Positions 62,101 to 64,000 of a DNA stretch of 64,000 nucleotides are shown piece by piece. Source of the DNA: Raillietiella orientalis. Lineage: Eukaryota. The notes under the pieces were generated by a model. It ran no database searches, was not told the origin of the DNA, and saw only the letters and a program-made list of their open reading frames with translations. Position numbers and translations under genes: made by a program. Position 1 is the first letter of the stretch; each line of letters starts with the position of its first letter. The stretch is taken from NCBI GenBank assembly GCA_036172245.1, contig JAYWIR010000051.1, forward strand, positions 930,001 to 994,000, written 5' to 3'.

Positions 62101-64000
62101 AATAACGAGGGTGGTCACGCAAAGTATACCGAAAACTATTTTTAAGATGCATTACATCTCAAGCATTAATGTAAATACTGTTTTCAAAGTCCTGATTCCG
62201 CCCTTCACAAGTGGGTGTTCAGCACAAACTCATGAGATACTTTTTCACTTCATATTTCAAAAATAGGTGGCTCCTTATAGAGAACAGATTCAAAGAGACA
62301 TTATTTCCTCCCGTATGTACAGGGCAGTATAAAACTTTAAATGTGAATATGTCACTGTGGGCGTTTTCTATCTAAGAGGAATGAATGCAAGTTTCTGTTT
62401 AAGGAATGAACGCAAGGCCCACCCAGTGCAACCTGCTTTTGCTGGATGTCTCAAAGTTGAAAAAGGAAGGGGGGAAAAGGCAAAATACTTGTATCTGCCG
62501 AAAATTAAGAACCCTGAAAGTTCAAGCCCATGGCCCAATTAGGGACATCCATTTTTACAACGCCACAAATCGAGGAGTTGGTCTTGCGATCTGTCAGAAG
62601 TAAAAACAGACGACCAAACGTGTCAAAGTCACCCAAATGCTCCGCACGTCGTTCACAATTTTTTAGAAGGCCCATTTTACCAGTCATAAAGGTGGAGGCA
62701 ATTTCTTAAAGGCATGTCACTAGCTCGGAACGAATGCAATCAAACCACTTTTGAGAAAACTGGTGTTCAGTGCATTGGTCACCGGTTGCTTCGTGCCACC
62801 GAACCACACAGTGGATGAAGGAATCCTTTGGGATACGTCTAACTGATAGGCAACTCGTTGTGTTTTTTTCTGGAAAAAAAATGTCCTGGAAACAGAAATC
62901 CTGGGCAGACACTGATATGCAGGTTACTGATATACATCAATAAATTTCGTTCCTGGCAGTTAGCACGCTGAGATGAAAAATGACTCCTGCCCGGTGCTTC
63001 GAGAATAAACATTTCTTTCGGCGCTCACTTTTATTGCAACTCAGTTCTTTGTAAACTCTGGCTCTGAAGTGTTGAACGGAAGCATCTAAAAAAAATCACC
63101 TAATTCACATTCACCAGAGTTTCACTTTAGACACTGCACGTCACTAAAGTGTAATGATGTTTTTTGTTGCATGCTGAAATTAATCTCAGATGATCACAAA
63201 ATCGGCAACACGAAACGTCATTACAAATCAATTCACAAAGGATTATGGAAACGTTTCCAAATTTCCATTCTACTGAGATATAGCTGGGTGCACTGAAACA
63301 AGCGTGCCCCCAAGATGGGGATTCTCTGGTATAAAGGGGGAAGCGAATGATACAAAAGGCCAGACTTCTCTCAACAAGAGCCTTGCAAGGATGTTTTTTG
63401 TTTTGTCTAAATTAAGAATGTGAAAGAGAGGAAGCTAAATGAAACTTCTCTGACGTTAAGACGGTTGACATGTGAGCTCCGCTATGGTCGCTGAAATATC
63501 GCGTTCCAAAGCTTTCCAAGATCAAAAGTCTTTGCTGGACACCGAAGTATTGCCGATTTACTTTCAGCTGCACACAGGGTGATAACTACATGCACTCAGT
63601 GTTCATTTGCTAAGCAGGCTGGTTTTCTCTTCTAGGATGCCAAACAAACTTTCCTGGTTGAAAAACGATCAAACCGAAGACTTTCCTATAGATATATATA
63701 CATACATACATCACAGCAATGACTGGTTTGGAATTCGAAGAACGCTGACGCTTGCATTCAAAGCACGTAAAAAAATGCGCTTATCAGCGGCAGTCTCTCG
63801 CGGTCTCTCAGCATTCAAACCCTTCAGAAGGGAAACGGAAAAAAAACCAAACGGCCAACTCGAGCTTCTACGAGCATCTACGTAACTTTTACAAAGACAC
63901 CCTTCGTCGGTGGGTGTGTTCCCGATTAATGCTGAACACGCCAACGCGTTTTCCTCTGCTGTTTGTTCCTCGCGAGCACATTTTTATCAACCGAAGCTTC

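Noticed and set aside
62340..63400. Possible THAP/Harbinger (ISL2EU-like) transposase remnants
   Set aside because: One weak motif (FPFY*DIAGCTE) is not enough.
1..64000. CRISPR array, retron or other prokaryotic defence system
   Set aside because: No regularly spaced direct repeats or operon-like ORFs. The RTs are eukaryotic non-LTR type and the genes have spliceosomal introns.

Overview
Eukaryotic genomic DNA, most likely from an invertebrate animal: spliceosomal GT-AG introns, many only 46-55 nt long, microsatellites and dense decayed transposons. I could assemble two intact genes by hand. The first is a minus-strand astacin-EGF-CUB metalloprotease (BP10/SpAN-like, 9 exons, 40572-44430, 423 aa). 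The second is a plus-strand DCN1-like protein 4/5 (5 coding exons, 57941-59459, 238 aa). A truncated pepsin/cathepsin-D-like aspartic protease remnant with an internal stop lies at 8410-9217 (-). Most of 1-52 kb is transposon debris. It holds about 10 fragments of an L1/Tx1-type LINE family whose 3' ends carry a conserved AATAAA + stem-loop terminus and no poly(A) tail. It also holds several Utopia/NeSL-like restriction-endonuclease LINEs, one of them bracketed by inverted mariner ends, plus Tc1/mariner relics and two inverted copies of a ~650-bp tRNA-headed, hairpin-rich SINE-like element. An ~800-bp A-rich block and an abrupt GC/CpG drop over the DCN1-like locus are also visible. I found no prokaryotic system (CRISPR, operons). 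All family assignments come from recognising motifs by eye, not from database searches, and element boundaries are approximate unless stated.
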